Source of the DNA: a bacterium
GTDB lineage: Bacteria > UBA8248
Length of the DNA stretch: 64,000 nt
Reading direction: 5' to 3'
Assembly (NCBI GenBank): GCA_965200245.1
Contig: CBDATS010000004.1
Coordinates: forward strand, 1,152,001 to 1,216,000
The notes beneath the pieces were generated by a model. It was not told the DNA's origin. It ran no database searches and was given only the letters and a program-made list of their open reading frames with translations. A program made the position numbers and the translations under genes. Shown here in pieces: positions 8,385-17,341 of the stretch (position 1 is the first letter of the stretch; each line of letters begins with the position of its first letter).

Positions 8385-10346
8385 ATGAGCGAAACCACGG
8401 CAGACGCGCACGGCGCCCACGACCACCACGAAGGCGGGTTCTGGAGCACATACGTCTTCTCGCTGGACCACAAGATGATCGCCAGACAGTTCCTCTGGCT
8501 TGGCCTCATCATGATGGTCGTCGGCGGCATTCTCGCCCTGATGTTCCGCTGGCAGCTCGCCTGGCCGGAAACCTCCATCTGGGGCCTAGGCTGGATATCC
8601 GACGAGAGCGAAGGCCTGCCCGAGGGCTTCATGACCCCGAACTTCTACAACATGGCCGTCACCATGCACGCGACGATCATGGTGTTTCTCGTCGTGATGC
8701 CGATTCTGGTGGGTTGTTTCGGGAACTTCCTCATCCCGTTGATGATCGGGGCGCGCGACATGGCGTTCCCGGTGCTGAACATGCTCTCGTTCTGGGTCGC
8801 CGTTCTGGGCGCCGTCATCATGTGCGCGGGATTTCTCGTCGAGGGAGGGCACGCCGCTTCCGGCTGGACCGGCTATGCGCCGTTATCCACCGTGCCGGAA
8901 TATACAGGCGTTTTCATGGGACAGACTTTATGGGCATTGAGTCTGTTCGTGCTGAGTTTCTCTTCACTCATGGGTTCGATCAACTACATCACCACGCTCA
9001 TCAACATGCGTACCGAGGGTATGACCTGGTTCCGGGTGCCACTCGTCGTCTGGTCCCTGTTCATCACGGCCATCCTGGGTCTGCTGGCTCTCCCGATTCT
9101 GGGCTCAGCGGGCGCGATGATGATTTTCGACCGCGTGTTCGAAACGAATTTCTTCAACCCGCAGAAGGGGGGTGAACCCCTCCTGTGGCAGCACCTGTTC
9201 TGGTACTTCGGCCATCCGGAAGTCTACATTCTCATTCTTCCGGGCATGGGCATCGCTTCCGAGTTGCTGCCTGTGTACTGCAGAAAACCGATATTCGGCT
9301 ACCGGGCCATGGTGTACGCCATGCTCTCCATCGCCTTCCTGTCGTGGATCGTCTGGGGTCACCACATGTTCCAGTCCGGCATGAACCCGGCACTGGGCTC
9401 GGCTTTCATGATGACGACGCTTGTCATCGCGATACCTTCGGCGATCAAGACCTTCAACTGGCTGGGTACCCTGTGGGGAGGCTCAATCCGCTTCACCGTG
9501 CCGATGCTCCACGCCCTGGCTTTCGTCATCCTGTTCGTCATCGGCGGGTTGAGCGGTATCTTCATGGCATCGAACGTGGTGGATATCTACATCCACGACA
9601 CCTACTTTATCGTGGCGCACTTCCACTACGTCATCTTCGGTGGCAGCGTCTTCGCGCTGTTCGGCGGTATACAGCACTGGTTCCCGAAAATGTTCGGCAG
9701 GTCAATGGACGAAGCGTTGGGCAAGTTGCATTTCTGGCTCACGTTCATCTTCTTCAACCTCGTATTCTTCCCGATGCACATACTCGGCGTGGGCGGTCAC
9801 ATGCGACGCATCTACAACCCCATGCAATATGAGTTCCTGCAAGGAATGCAGCCGATCAACGTGATCATCACCCTCTCCGCGTTTGCGCTGGGGCTCTCGC
9901 AGATCCCCTTCGTGTTCAACTTCTTTGCCACCGTCTTTCGGTGGAATGCGAGATGGTTCCGCGTGCTCACCCAGGCGGTCTCTGCCCTCGCGGTCGGTTT
10001 CATTGGCTACAAGAGCGTGGCGGTGATGTTCGAGGGCATGATGGAACCCGAACCCTCAACGGGCGGACGCATCGTGGGCACCATAGTCGCCATCGCGCTT
10101 GCGGCATGGATTTACCGCTATCTGGAGAAGAACATGGCTCCATTGGGAGCCGATGCACCCCGGAATCCCTGGGACGCCAACACGCTCGAATGGGTAGCAC
10201 CCACGCCGACCCCGCACGGAAATTTCGGCCCCACGTTGCCGGTGGTCCGGCGCGGACCCTATGAATACAGCGTCCCCGGCGAGAGTGCGGACTGGGCACC
10301 GCAGACCGAAGCCATCGATCCGGCTCTCGCCGAAGCCGGACACTAG
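8385..10346 (+). CDS. ctaD: Cytochrome c oxidase subunit I, A1 type
   Basis: DHKMI, TMHATIM, FGHPEVY, WGHHMF and AHFHY. Confidence 0.97.
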   Translation: MSETTADAHGAHDHHEGGFWSTYVFSLDHKMIARQFLWLGLIMMVVGGILALMFRWQLAWPETSIWGLGWISDESEGLPEGFMTPNFYNMAVTMHATIMVFLVVMPILVGCFGNFLIPLMIGARDMAFPVLNMLSFWVAVLGAVIMCAGFLVEGGHAASGWTGYAPLSTVPEYTGVFMGQTLWALSLFVLSFSSLMGSINYITTLINMRTEGMTWFRVPLVVWSLFITAILGLLALPILGSAGAMMIFDRVFETNFFNPQKGGEPLLWQHLFWYFGHPEVYILILPGMGIASELLPVYCRKPIFGYRAMVYAMLSIAFLSWIVWGHHMFQSGMNPALGSAFMMTTLVIAIPSAIKTFNWLGTLWGGSIRFTVPMLHALAFVILFVIGGLSGIFMASNVVDIYIHDTYFIVAHFHYVIFGGSVFALFGGIQHWFPKMFGRSMDEALGKLHFWLTFIFFNLVFFPMHILGVGGHMRRIYNPMQYEFLQGMQPINVIITLSAFALGLSQIPFVFNFFATVFRWNARWFRVLTQAVSALAVGFIGYKSVAVMFEGMMEPEPSTGGRIVGTIVAIALAAWIYRYLEKNMAPLGADAPRNPWDANTLEWVAPTPTPHGNFGPTLPVVRRGPYEYSVPGESADWAPQTEAIDPALAEAGH

Positions 10347-10379
10347 CGCCGCCGCAAACCACCCCGGGAGAGAACGCGC

Positions 10380-11324
10380 ATGGCACCTGAAAGCCATGTC
10401 GGCCTTCCCGCCGCGAAAGGGGGAGGCTGGCCTTACCGTTTCGCCACCCTCACCTACGTCTTCACCGTCGTGCTTATCCTAGCCGGCGGCCTGGTGACGA
10501 GTACGGGTTCGGGCCTCGCGGTTCCCGACTGGCCCACCACTTTCGGCTACAACATGTTCCTCTTCCCGTGGTCGAAGATGGTGGGCGGCGTCTTCATCGA
10601 ACACTCTCACCGCCTGCTCGGATCGCTGGTGGGGTTCCTCACCATCCTGACGGCCCTCGCCGTCTGGCGAACGGACGAGCGCCGCTGGATGCGCCACCTA
10701 GGCCTGTTCGCGGTCGGTCTGGTGATTTTACAGGGTGTGCTCGGCGGCATGCGTGTCGTGCTCATCAAGCTCAACCTGGCCATCGTCCACGCCTGCATCG
10801 CGCAAGTCTTCTTCGGCCTGATGGTGAGCATGTCGCTGTTCACCTCACGCAGCTGGCGGGAGGAGACCGCACAGGCGAGCGACAGGGGACTGGCGAGGCT
10901 GGCCCTCATCACGGTGCTGCTACTCTACGTACAGATCATATTCGGCGCGGTACTGCGACACACAGGAAACAGGCTCGACGCTCACCTGCTCTTCGCCGCG
11001 CTGAGCAGCATCCACGTCATCCTTCTCGCTTGCAGGATTCTGAAACTTCCGAACCCGGGCGCGCTCTCGAGAGAGGCGAACTGTCTGTGGATTCTACTGA
11101 TCGTTCAACTGGTGCTCGGCGGGGCATCCTGGGTCGGAAAATACGCCGACATGGGCGAGGCCTTCACTCCCGGGCTCATCATCGCGACCACTTCCGCGCA
11201 CGTCGTGGTGGGGGCGATGCTCTTCGCAGCCTCGCTCGTCGTGGCCCTTCGCCTGAACAAGGGCACGCTGTCCACTCTCAAGACCCCCGAAGCGCCTGTC
11301 GCGGCGAGAGGTGTGCGTGCATGA
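10380..11324 (+). CDS. ctaA: Heme A synthase (COX15/CtaA family)
   Basis: GLAVPDWP, EHSHR, LQGVLGG and further conserved His. Located in the cox operon. Confidence 0.88.
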   Translation: MAPESHVGLPAAKGGGWPYRFATLTYVFTVVLILAGGLVTSTGSGLAVPDWPTTFGYNMFLFPWSKMVGGVFIEHSHRLLGSLVGFLTILTALAVWRTDERRWMRHLGLFAVGLVILQGVLGGMRVVLIKLNLAIVHACIAQVFFGLMVSMSLFTSRSWREETAQASDRGLARLALITVLLLYVQIIFGAVLRHTGNRLDAHLLFAALSSIHVILLACRILKLPNPGALSREANCLWILLIVQLVLGGASWVGKYADMGEAFTPGLIIATTSAHVVVGAMLFAASLVVALRLNKGTLSTLKTPEAPVAARGVRA

Positions 11325-12211
11325 CGAACTTTCGCACAGAAGCCGTGAATCTCGACGCCCCGAGGAGAAGGGCAGCGGATTATCTGGAACTCACCAAGCC
11401 ACGCATCCTGCCGATGGTTCTCGTCGTGACCGCAGCAGGTTACTACCTCGCCTCGAATACAGGTCTGGACGTCGTTCTGCTCATCCACACCCTCATCGGT
11501 TCGGCCCTGGCGACGGGCGGCGCACTCGCCCTGAACCAGGCCTCAGAAGAAGACCTGGACGCACGGATGTTCCGCACACAAAAGCGTCCGCTGCCCGACG
11601 GGCGCCTTCTGAAATTCGACGCGCTCCTTTTCGGCTCCGTCATCATGCTGTCGGGCGTGGCCTATCTGGCCATTTTCGTGAACCCCTTTACGGCACTCCT
11701 CATCACGGCCACCGGCGGGCTGTACCTGTTCATCTACACGCCGCTCAAGCGCACGACCTCGCTCAACAGCGTGGTGGGCGCGGTTCCGGGAGCCATGCCG
11801 CCGGTCATCGGCTGGACGGCGGCCACGGGCACGCTTTCGATAGAAACGTTCGTGGTGTTCTGCATCATGTTCCTGTGGCAGATTCCCCACGCGCTGGCGA
11901 TCGCCGTGATGTACCGCGAGGATTTCGCGCGAGCCGACATCAAGCTTTTGCCCATAGAGGACCCGGGAGGGGCCAGCACGGGCAGGCAGGTCGTTTCCTA
12001 CTGCATGGCGCTGATTCCCGCCGGCATGGCTCCGGCTCTGATAGGCATGGCGGGTCCCGTCTACTTCGCGGTCTCCACTGTCCTGGGTCTTGTCTATCTG
12101 GGTTACGGCATACACATGGCCAGAAAAAAGGGGCCCGCATCCGCGAGGCGTCTGTTCTACTTCTCCCTGATTTATCTGCCGGCACTTCTTCTGGCCATGA
12201 TCTTCGTATAA
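11321..12211 (+). CDS. ctaB: Protoheme IX farnesyltransferase (heme O synthase)
   Basis: YLELTKPRI, DARMFRTQKRPLP, YTPLKR, GAMPPVIGW and FLWQIPH. ATGA overlap with ctaA. Confidence 0.95.
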   Translation: MTNFRTEAVNLDAPRRRAADYLELTKPRILPMVLVVTAAGYYLASNTGLDVVLLIHTLIGSALATGGALALNQASEEDLDARMFRTQKRPLPDGRLLKFDALLFGSVIMLSGVAYLAIFVNPFTALLITATGGLYLFIYTPLKRTTSLNSVVGAVPGAMPPVIGWTAATGTLSIETFVVFCIMFLWQIPHALAIAVMYREDFARADIKLLPIEDPGGASTGRQVVSYCMALIPAGMAPALIGMAGPVYFAVSTVLGLVYLGYGIHMARKKGPASARRLFYFSLIYLPALLLAMIFV

Positions 12212-12219
12212 GGAAGCCA

Positions 12220-12330
12220 ATGGACAAGTCGCAGACAAAGAACAGGAACCGGCGCACCGGGGTGTTTCTGGTTCTGTTCATCGTCTGTCTGGCCGCGTTC
12301 GCGTGGACCGTGGCCATCCTCAAGAACTAG
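12220..12330 (+). CDS. 36-aa single-TM microprotein in the cox operon
   Basis: AAGGA RBS, MDKSQTKNRNRRTGVFLVLFIVCLAAFAWTVAILKN, fills the ctaB-ctaE gap. Confidence 0.7.
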   Translation: MDKSQTKNRNRRTGVFLVLFIVCLAAFAWTVAILKN

Positions 12331-12337
12331 AGAGGAG

Positions 12338-13039
12338 GTGTTTTCGTTGAATCCGGTACTCGAAGCGCCTCCAAAAGAAAAACCCGACCGTTGGGAAGGT
12401 GCCCCTCCCCTGCCTCCGCCGGACGGCAACGGTGGAAACGGAGGCGGTGGAGGAGACGATTCCCGGGATTCCTCATCCTCCGGGAAACCCCTGCCCGGAA
12501 ACACCCAGATTGCCATGCTGGTGCTGATCGCGGCCGAAATCATGTTCTTCTCCGGCCTGATCGGGGCCTTTCTGGTCTTCCGCTTCAGTGGCAAGCCCTG
12601 GCCGCCGCCCTTTCAGCCGCGTCTGCCCGTGGAAGTCACCGCCGTCAACACGGCCTTTCTGTTACTGAGCAGTTATACGATGGTGCGCGCCCAACTCGCT
12701 CTCAAACGCAGCGACTTGAAGTCGCTGCCCCGGCTGCTCACCATCACGGGTGTTCTGGGGGTCGTTTTTCTCGCAATCCAGGGATATGAGTGGGTACGAC
12801 TGGTCAATTTCGGTCTCACCGCGTCGGCGAACGTCTACGGCTCGATCTTCTACAGCATCATCGGAACGCACGGGTTCCACGTATTGAGTGCGGTCGTCTG
12901 GCTCGTGGCGGTTCTGGTACGCGCGTATCTGGGGAAATACTCCGCCCGCAATCCCAACGGCGTCGTCGCTTGCGCGATGTACTGGCATCTGGTGGTGGGG
13001 CTCTGGCCGATTCTGTTCTACCTGGTCTACCTGCTCTAG
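12338..13039 (+). CDS. ctaE: Cytochrome c oxidase subunit III family, copy 1
   Basis: AEIMFFSGL, NTAFLLLSS, QGYEW, GTHGFHV and MYWHLV. GGAGG RBS. Confidence 0.9.
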   Translation: MFSLNPVLEAPPKEKPDRWEGAPPLPPPDGNGGNGGGGGDDSRDSSSSGKPLPGNTQIAMLVLIAAEIMFFSGLIGAFLVFRFSGKPWPPPFQPRLPVEVTAVNTAFLLLSSYTMVRAQLALKRSDLKSLPRLLTITGVLGVVFLAIQGYEWVRLVNFGLTASANVYGSIFYSIIGTHGFHVLSAVVWLVAVLVRAYLGKYSARNPNGVVACAMYWHLVVGLWPILFYLVYLL

Positions 13040-13061
13040 TGACGCGGAAGCCGCCAAAACA

Positions 13062-13091
13062 TTGACACTTTCTCTGGGCAGGTGGCATACT
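13062..13091 (+). promoter_or_regulatory. Internal sigma-70 promoter inside the cox operon
   Basis: TTGACA-N18-CATACT with an extended TG, in the 70-bp gap after subunit III copy 1. Confidence 0.55.
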
Positions 13092-13109
13092 CGCCTCAAG
13101 GAGATTCGA

Positions 13110-13346
13110 GTGAAACGATTCGCTGCCATGTTCATCGCCACAGTATCGGGCGTCGTCCTTTCAGGTCCGGACCATTCCTTCGCCTGTGCAGTGTGCGGAG
13201 TAGACCCAGAGCCGGGCTTTCTCTGGAGCATGGGTTTTCTGATCAGCATGCCGTTCGCAATCGCCACGGTAGCGGGCAGTTATTTCGTATACAACAACCG
13301 GCGCGCGAAGAGAGCGCCGGAGAACGAGGATATGTTTTCCGAATGA
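13110..13346 (+). CDS. Small exported membrane protein with ACAVC (CxxC) motif
   Basis: AAGGAGA RBS, GTG start, signal-like N-terminus, SFACAVCG, then a TM helix. Confidence 0.75.
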   Translation: MKRFAAMFIATVSGVVLSGPDHSFACAVCGVDPEPGFLWSMGFLISMPFAIATVAGSYFVYNNRRAKRAPENEDMFSE

Positions 13347-13361
13347 GAAGGAGAAAGTGCT

Positions 13362-13985
13362 GTGAGTGAAGCCGCCGCCGTGGATCACGCCCACGGAGTG
13401 GAACCAGCGGAAACTCCCCTTACCCCCGAAAGCTGGGGCAAACTGGGGATGTGGGTATTTCTGGCGGGCGACGCCATGTCGTTCGGAACCTTGCTGGCGG
13501 GCTACGCAATCTTGCGGGGCAACAGCGCGAACTGGCCGGTGCCCACCGAGATTCTGGGAATCTCGCTGACGGCCTTCATGACGTTCCTGCTCATATGCAG
13601 CAGCGTGACGATGGTGAAGGGCCTGGACGCCATCAAACGAGGCGATCAGGCAGGGCTCGTGAAGTTCCTTTGGCTCACCGTAGGCGGCGGCATCATCTTC
13701 CTCGGCTTGCAGGCCTATGAGTGGACCCATCTGATACAAGTGGGGCTCGGCCTTGCAGACAACAAGTGGGGTGACAGCCTCTTCGGTACCACCTTCTACA
13801 TCATCACAGGTTTCCACGGCATGCACGTGACCGGCGGCGTCATCTATCTGGCCGTCATCGCAATGCGAGGCGCAAAAGGCGCTTATTCAGCGACGAACTG
13901 GAACGAGGTGGAAATCGCAGGCCTCTACTGGCACTTCGTGGACCTCGTCTGGATTCTCGTCTTCACGTTCATTTATCTGCTGTAA
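13362..13985 (+). CDS. ctaE: Cytochrome c oxidase subunit III family, copy 2
   Basis: GKLGMWVFLAGDAMSF, QAYEW, TGFHGMHV and GLYWHFVDLVW. Confidence 0.92.
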   Translation: MSEAAAVDHAHGVEPAETPLTPESWGKLGMWVFLAGDAMSFGTLLAGYAILRGNSANWPVPTEILGISLTAFMTFLLICSSVTMVKGLDAIKRGDQAGLVKFLWLTVGGGIIFLGLQAYEWTHLIQVGLGLADNKWGDSLFGTTFYIITGFHGMHVTGGVIYLAVIAMRGAKGAYSATNWNEVEIAGLYWHFVDLVWILVFTFIYLL

Positions 13986-14040
13986 TCATCCGCAGCGCGC
14001 CCAGGGCGTGCCCGGTTCGTTGAGGGAGAGCAAATACATT

Positions 14041-14337
14041 ATGGCAAGTGGAAGTCACGCGAAGCACGACGATCATCATGTGAACTACATGGCCATCTTC
14101 TGGTGGCTCTTGGCACTCACGATACTGGAAGTCCTGGCAGGCATCCCTCATGCGAGCCCGGCCTATCCGCAACTCCTGAAGGGGGCGCTCCTGGTCATCA
14201 TGGCCGTCGCAAAGGCGGCACTCGTGGGACTTTACTTCATGCACTTGAAGTTCGAGAAGCTGGCACTGGGCTTCATCGCCATGATACCGCTCGTCCTGTG
14301 CGTGTTCGTGGTGTTGATGGTGCTGCCGGACTTCTAG
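14041..14337 (+). CDS. ctaF: Cytochrome c oxidase subunit IV family
   Basis: LTILEV and AVAKAALVGLYFMHLKFE. Confidence 0.88.
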   Translation: MASGSHAKHDDHHVNYMAIFWWLLALTILEVLAGIPHASPAYPQLLKGALLVIMAVAKAALVGLYFMHLKFEKLALGFIAMIPLVLCVFVVLMVLPDF

Positions 14338-14384
14338 GCCGTTCCGACTACACGCTGCCAGAAGTTCCAGAAAACAGGAAATTC

Positions 14385-14810
14385 ATGTCGCTCCGGGATC
14401 TGCCCACCCTGAACGCCCTGTTGAACACGACGAGCGCTGTCCTCCTCATGATCGGGATAAGGCGCATCTACGCGAAAAATGTGGAAGCCCACAAGCGATG
14501 CATGGTAAGTGCGTTCCTTGTCTCCTCCCTGTTCCTCGTCTCCTATCTCATCTACCACTTCAACGTGGGTTCGGTGGGCTTCCGGGGCGAGGGCTGGATT
14601 CGCCCTGTCTATTTCATCATCCTCATCACGCACTCGGTTCTGGCCGTCTTCGTGCCGCCCATGGCGCTCATCACCCTTTACCGTGCCTGGAAGGGGGATT
14701 TTGAGCGGCACCGCCGTATCGCGCGCTGGACGTACCCCATCTGGCTCTACGTTTCCTGGACAGGCGTCGCGATCTATCTCTTCCTCTACGTCTTCAACCC
14801 CAGGGCATGA
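14385..14810 (+). CDS. DUF420 (YozB/CtaM-like) membrane protein
   Basis: LPTLNALLN, HKRCM, FLVSYLIYH and HRRIARWTYPIWLYVS. Confidence 0.88.
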   Translation: MSLRDLPTLNALLNTTSAVLLMIGIRRIYAKNVEAHKRCMVSAFLVSSLFLVSYLIYHFNVGSVGFRGEGWIRPVYFIILITHSVLAVFVPPMALITLYRAWKGDFERHRRIARWTYPIWLYVSWTGVAIYLFLYVFNPRA

Positions 14811-15184
14811 GAGAACTCTTGCGCGCCCTGAGACGCGGGTGCGCCCTGATGTGCCCGAGATGCCCTGCACCCCTCTTCACGGGGCTTTTTCGCATGCACG
14901 AAAGATGCCCGGGTTGCGGCTACCTCATCGAGCGCGAGCAGGGCTATTTCGTCGGCGCCATCTACGTCAACTACACCATCACTGTCATCATTTGCCTGGG
15001 CGGCTATCTGCTCACCGAATTCTTCATCGCACCCGGACTCTCAACGCAGATCATTGTCTGGGGTGGGCTTTGCATCCTGATTCCGTTATTCTCGTTCCGC
15101 TACTCCCGTGCAATCTGGCTGAATGCAGACCATTATTTCAGCCGGAAACTCTCACCCGAAGACGATGGGGACCTACCGAAGTGA
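14807..15184 (+). CDS. DUF983 family protein (two CxxC, two TM)
   Basis: RGCALMCPRC, ERCPGCG and EQGYFVGA. Confidence 0.8.
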   Translation: MRELLRALRRGCALMCPRCPAPLFTGLFRMHERCPGCGYLIEREQGYFVGAIYVNYTITVIICLGGYLLTEFFIAPGLSTQIIVWGGLCILIPLFSFRYSRAIWLNADHYFSRKLSPEDDGDLPK

Positions 15185-16146
15185 ACCCGAGCACAGGCCC
15201 CGCACTGAACGTACAGGGCGTCACCCACCGCTACGGCAGTCGCGTCGCGCTCAGGGACGTTTGCTTCGAGGTTTCAGAGGGTGAGATCTTCGCGCTCCTG
15301 GGTCCTAACGGCGGTGGCAAGACCACCCTGTTCCGCATCATCACCACCCTCATGCGTCCCACCGCAGGTGACGTGCAGGTTTTCGGTTACTCGGTTCGCG
15401 ATGACCCCCACGGGGTGAGAAAAAAAATCGGTGTCGTCTTCCAGCAGCCCGGTCTGGACCCCAAGCTCACCGTTCTCGAGAACATGACCCACCACGGCAG
15501 GCTCCACGGTATGCTCGGGAACACGCTGCGGGAAGCGACGGATGCGCTCCTGTCGCAATTCGGCCTGGGCGACAGGAAAAAAGATTACGTCGAGACACTC
15601 TCCGGCGGGCTTCAGCGCAGGGTGGAACTCGCCAAGGCGCTCCTGCCCCGGCCCGATATCCTGTTTCTCGATGAACCCAGCACCGGTCTCGATCCCGGAG
15701 CCAGAATCGATTTCAGGAACGAACTCCAACGACTGAGAAACGAGACGAACACCACGGTCGTGCTCACCACGCATTTCATCGAAGAGGCCGACCACGCGGA
15801 TCGCGTGGGCGTCATCCACGAGGGACACCTCGTCGCCATCGGTGCACCCGATGCGCTCAAAAAGGAAGTAGGCGGGGATGTACTGACCATCGAGGCACAG
15901 GAGCCGGACGCCATGCGCATGAAACTCAAGGAGATATTCCCTTGTGAGGTGAAGAGCGTGGACGGCTCCTTGCGCGTCGAGATGAGCGATGCCCACCTGG
16001 CCATCCCCAGGATTGCGAAGGCATTTTCCGGCGAGGTGCGATCCATTACGCTTGGCAAGCCCACGCTAGAGGACGTGTTCATCAACAAGGCGGGAAAACG
16101 CCTCATCGACGCGGACGAGAACGTATCCGAGGCGCGAAAGGGATGA
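15181..16146 (+). CDS. ABC transporter ATP-binding protein (DrrA-like)
   Basis: GPNGGGKTT, LSGG, LDEPSTGLDP and TTH. GTGA overlap with DUF983. Confidence 0.93.
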   Translation: MNPSTGPALNVQGVTHRYGSRVALRDVCFEVSEGEIFALLGPNGGGKTTLFRIITTLMRPTAGDVQVFGYSVRDDPHGVRKKIGVVFQQPGLDPKLTVLENMTHHGRLHGMLGNTLREATDALLSQFGLGDRKKDYVETLSGGLQRRVELAKALLPRPDILFLDEPSTGLDPGARIDFRNELQRLRNETNTTVVLTTHFIEEADHADRVGVIHEGHLVAIGAPDALKKEVGGDVLTIEAQEPDAMRMKLKEIFPCEVKSVDGSLRVEMSDAHLAIPRIAKAFSGEVRSITLGKPTLEDVFINKAGKRLIDADENVSEARKG

Positions 16147-16922
16147 CGCCATACCTTCTGTGCGCGGGAACGATATGGCAGCGCGAGATCGTGCGCTTCG
16201 TGCGCCAGCGAAGCCGCATCATCGGCGCGCTCGGCCAGCCTCTCCTCTTCTGGCTGCTGCTGGGCAGCGGCTTCGGACAAAACTTCCGCTATGCGGGCGG
16301 CGGAGGTGCAGGCTATCTGGAATATTTCTATCCGGGCATCATCGCGATGGTGGTGCTCTTCACGGCTATCTTCTCGACTTTCGCCATTGTGGACGACAGG
16401 AAGGCGCGCTTCCTGCAAGGCGTGCTCGCAGCGCCCGTCCCGCGTTCGGCCATCGTGCTGGGACAGGTAATGGGCGGGGCAACGCTCGCGCTTCTGCAGG
16501 GAATCCTTTTGCTCACCGCCACTCCCCTGGCGGGTGTTCCACTCGACCTGGAAGCCACCCTCGCCTCCATCCTGGTGATGGGCCTGCTCGGCTTCGCGCT
16601 GACCGCGCTCGGCCTTCTGCTCGCATGGCGGATCGAATCCACGCAAGGATTCCATTCCATCATGAACCTCATGCTGATCCCCCTGTGGCTGCTATCGGGC
16701 GCGGTGTTTCCCGTCGCGGGCGCGCACCCGCTCATCAGCGTCATCATGCAGGTTAACCCGCTCACCTACGGCGTGGCGGCTTTGCGGAGAACGCTCTACC
16801 TGAACGCGCCCGAGGCCGTGGCCTACCTGCCGGGACTCTGGCTGTCTGTTTTGATCATGACTGTCTTTGGCGGCATCTGCTTCGTCCTGGCGGTGAAGAT
16901 AGCCGAACGAAGCGAGGGGTGA
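16143..16922 (+). CDS. ABC-2 type permease
   Basis: WQREIVRF, YFYPGII, LSGAVFP and NPLTYGV. Confidence 0.92.
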   Translation: MTPYLLCAGTIWQREIVRFVRQRSRIIGALGQPLLFWLLLGSGFGQNFRYAGGGGAGYLEYFYPGIIAMVVLFTAIFSTFAIVDDRKARFLQGVLAAPVPRSAIVLGQVMGGATLALLQGILLLTATPLAGVPLDLEATLASILVMGLLGFALTALGLLLAWRIESTQGFHSIMNLMLIPLWLLSGAVFPVAGAHPLISVIMQVNPLTYGVAALRRTLYLNAPEAVAYLPGLWLSVLIMTVFGGICFVLAVKIAERSEG

Positions 16923-16996
16923 ATTCCGGCTGAATGGTGAGGGATGGGCAAGGCGCCGCATCAATTGGGGGCGCAGGGCCATGCCGGCCAGCAACC

Positions 16997-17320
16997 TCAG
17001 CGAAGACCGTTTACGTACTTCGCCAGGTTGTCGAGTGCTTCGCTCCGTATGTGGGGCAGGGCGGGCATCTTGTTCTTGCCCCTGCGCACGACCTCCTTGA
17101 TGTAGGAGAGAGGAAGCGCGCGGCCGCGCAGGGAATTTCCCAGCCCGCCTTTCCCCTCACCATGCGCGCCGTGACAGACAGCACAGGTCTGCGCGAAGAT
17201 CGTTGCGCCGTCGCCCGTGATCAAGGGCACTTCCTTTTGCTCGGGATCCTGGAAGAAGAGCAGGAAAACGACGAGCGCGCCACCCAGGACGACGAACGAG
17301 GCGACAACCAGCTTGCCCAA
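16997..17320 (-). CDS. Membrane-anchored monoheme cytochrome c
   Basis: N-terminal TM, CAVCH heme motif, distal MP. GGAGG RBS and TTG start. Confidence 0.88.
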   Translation of the reverse strand: MGKLVVASFVVLGGALVVFLLFFQDPEQKEVPLITGDGATIFAQTCAVCHGAHGEGKGGLGNSLRGRALPLSYIKEVVRRGKNKMPALPHIRSEALDNLAKYVNGLR

Positions 17321-17341
17321 GTTCGGATGGCCTCCGGCGAC

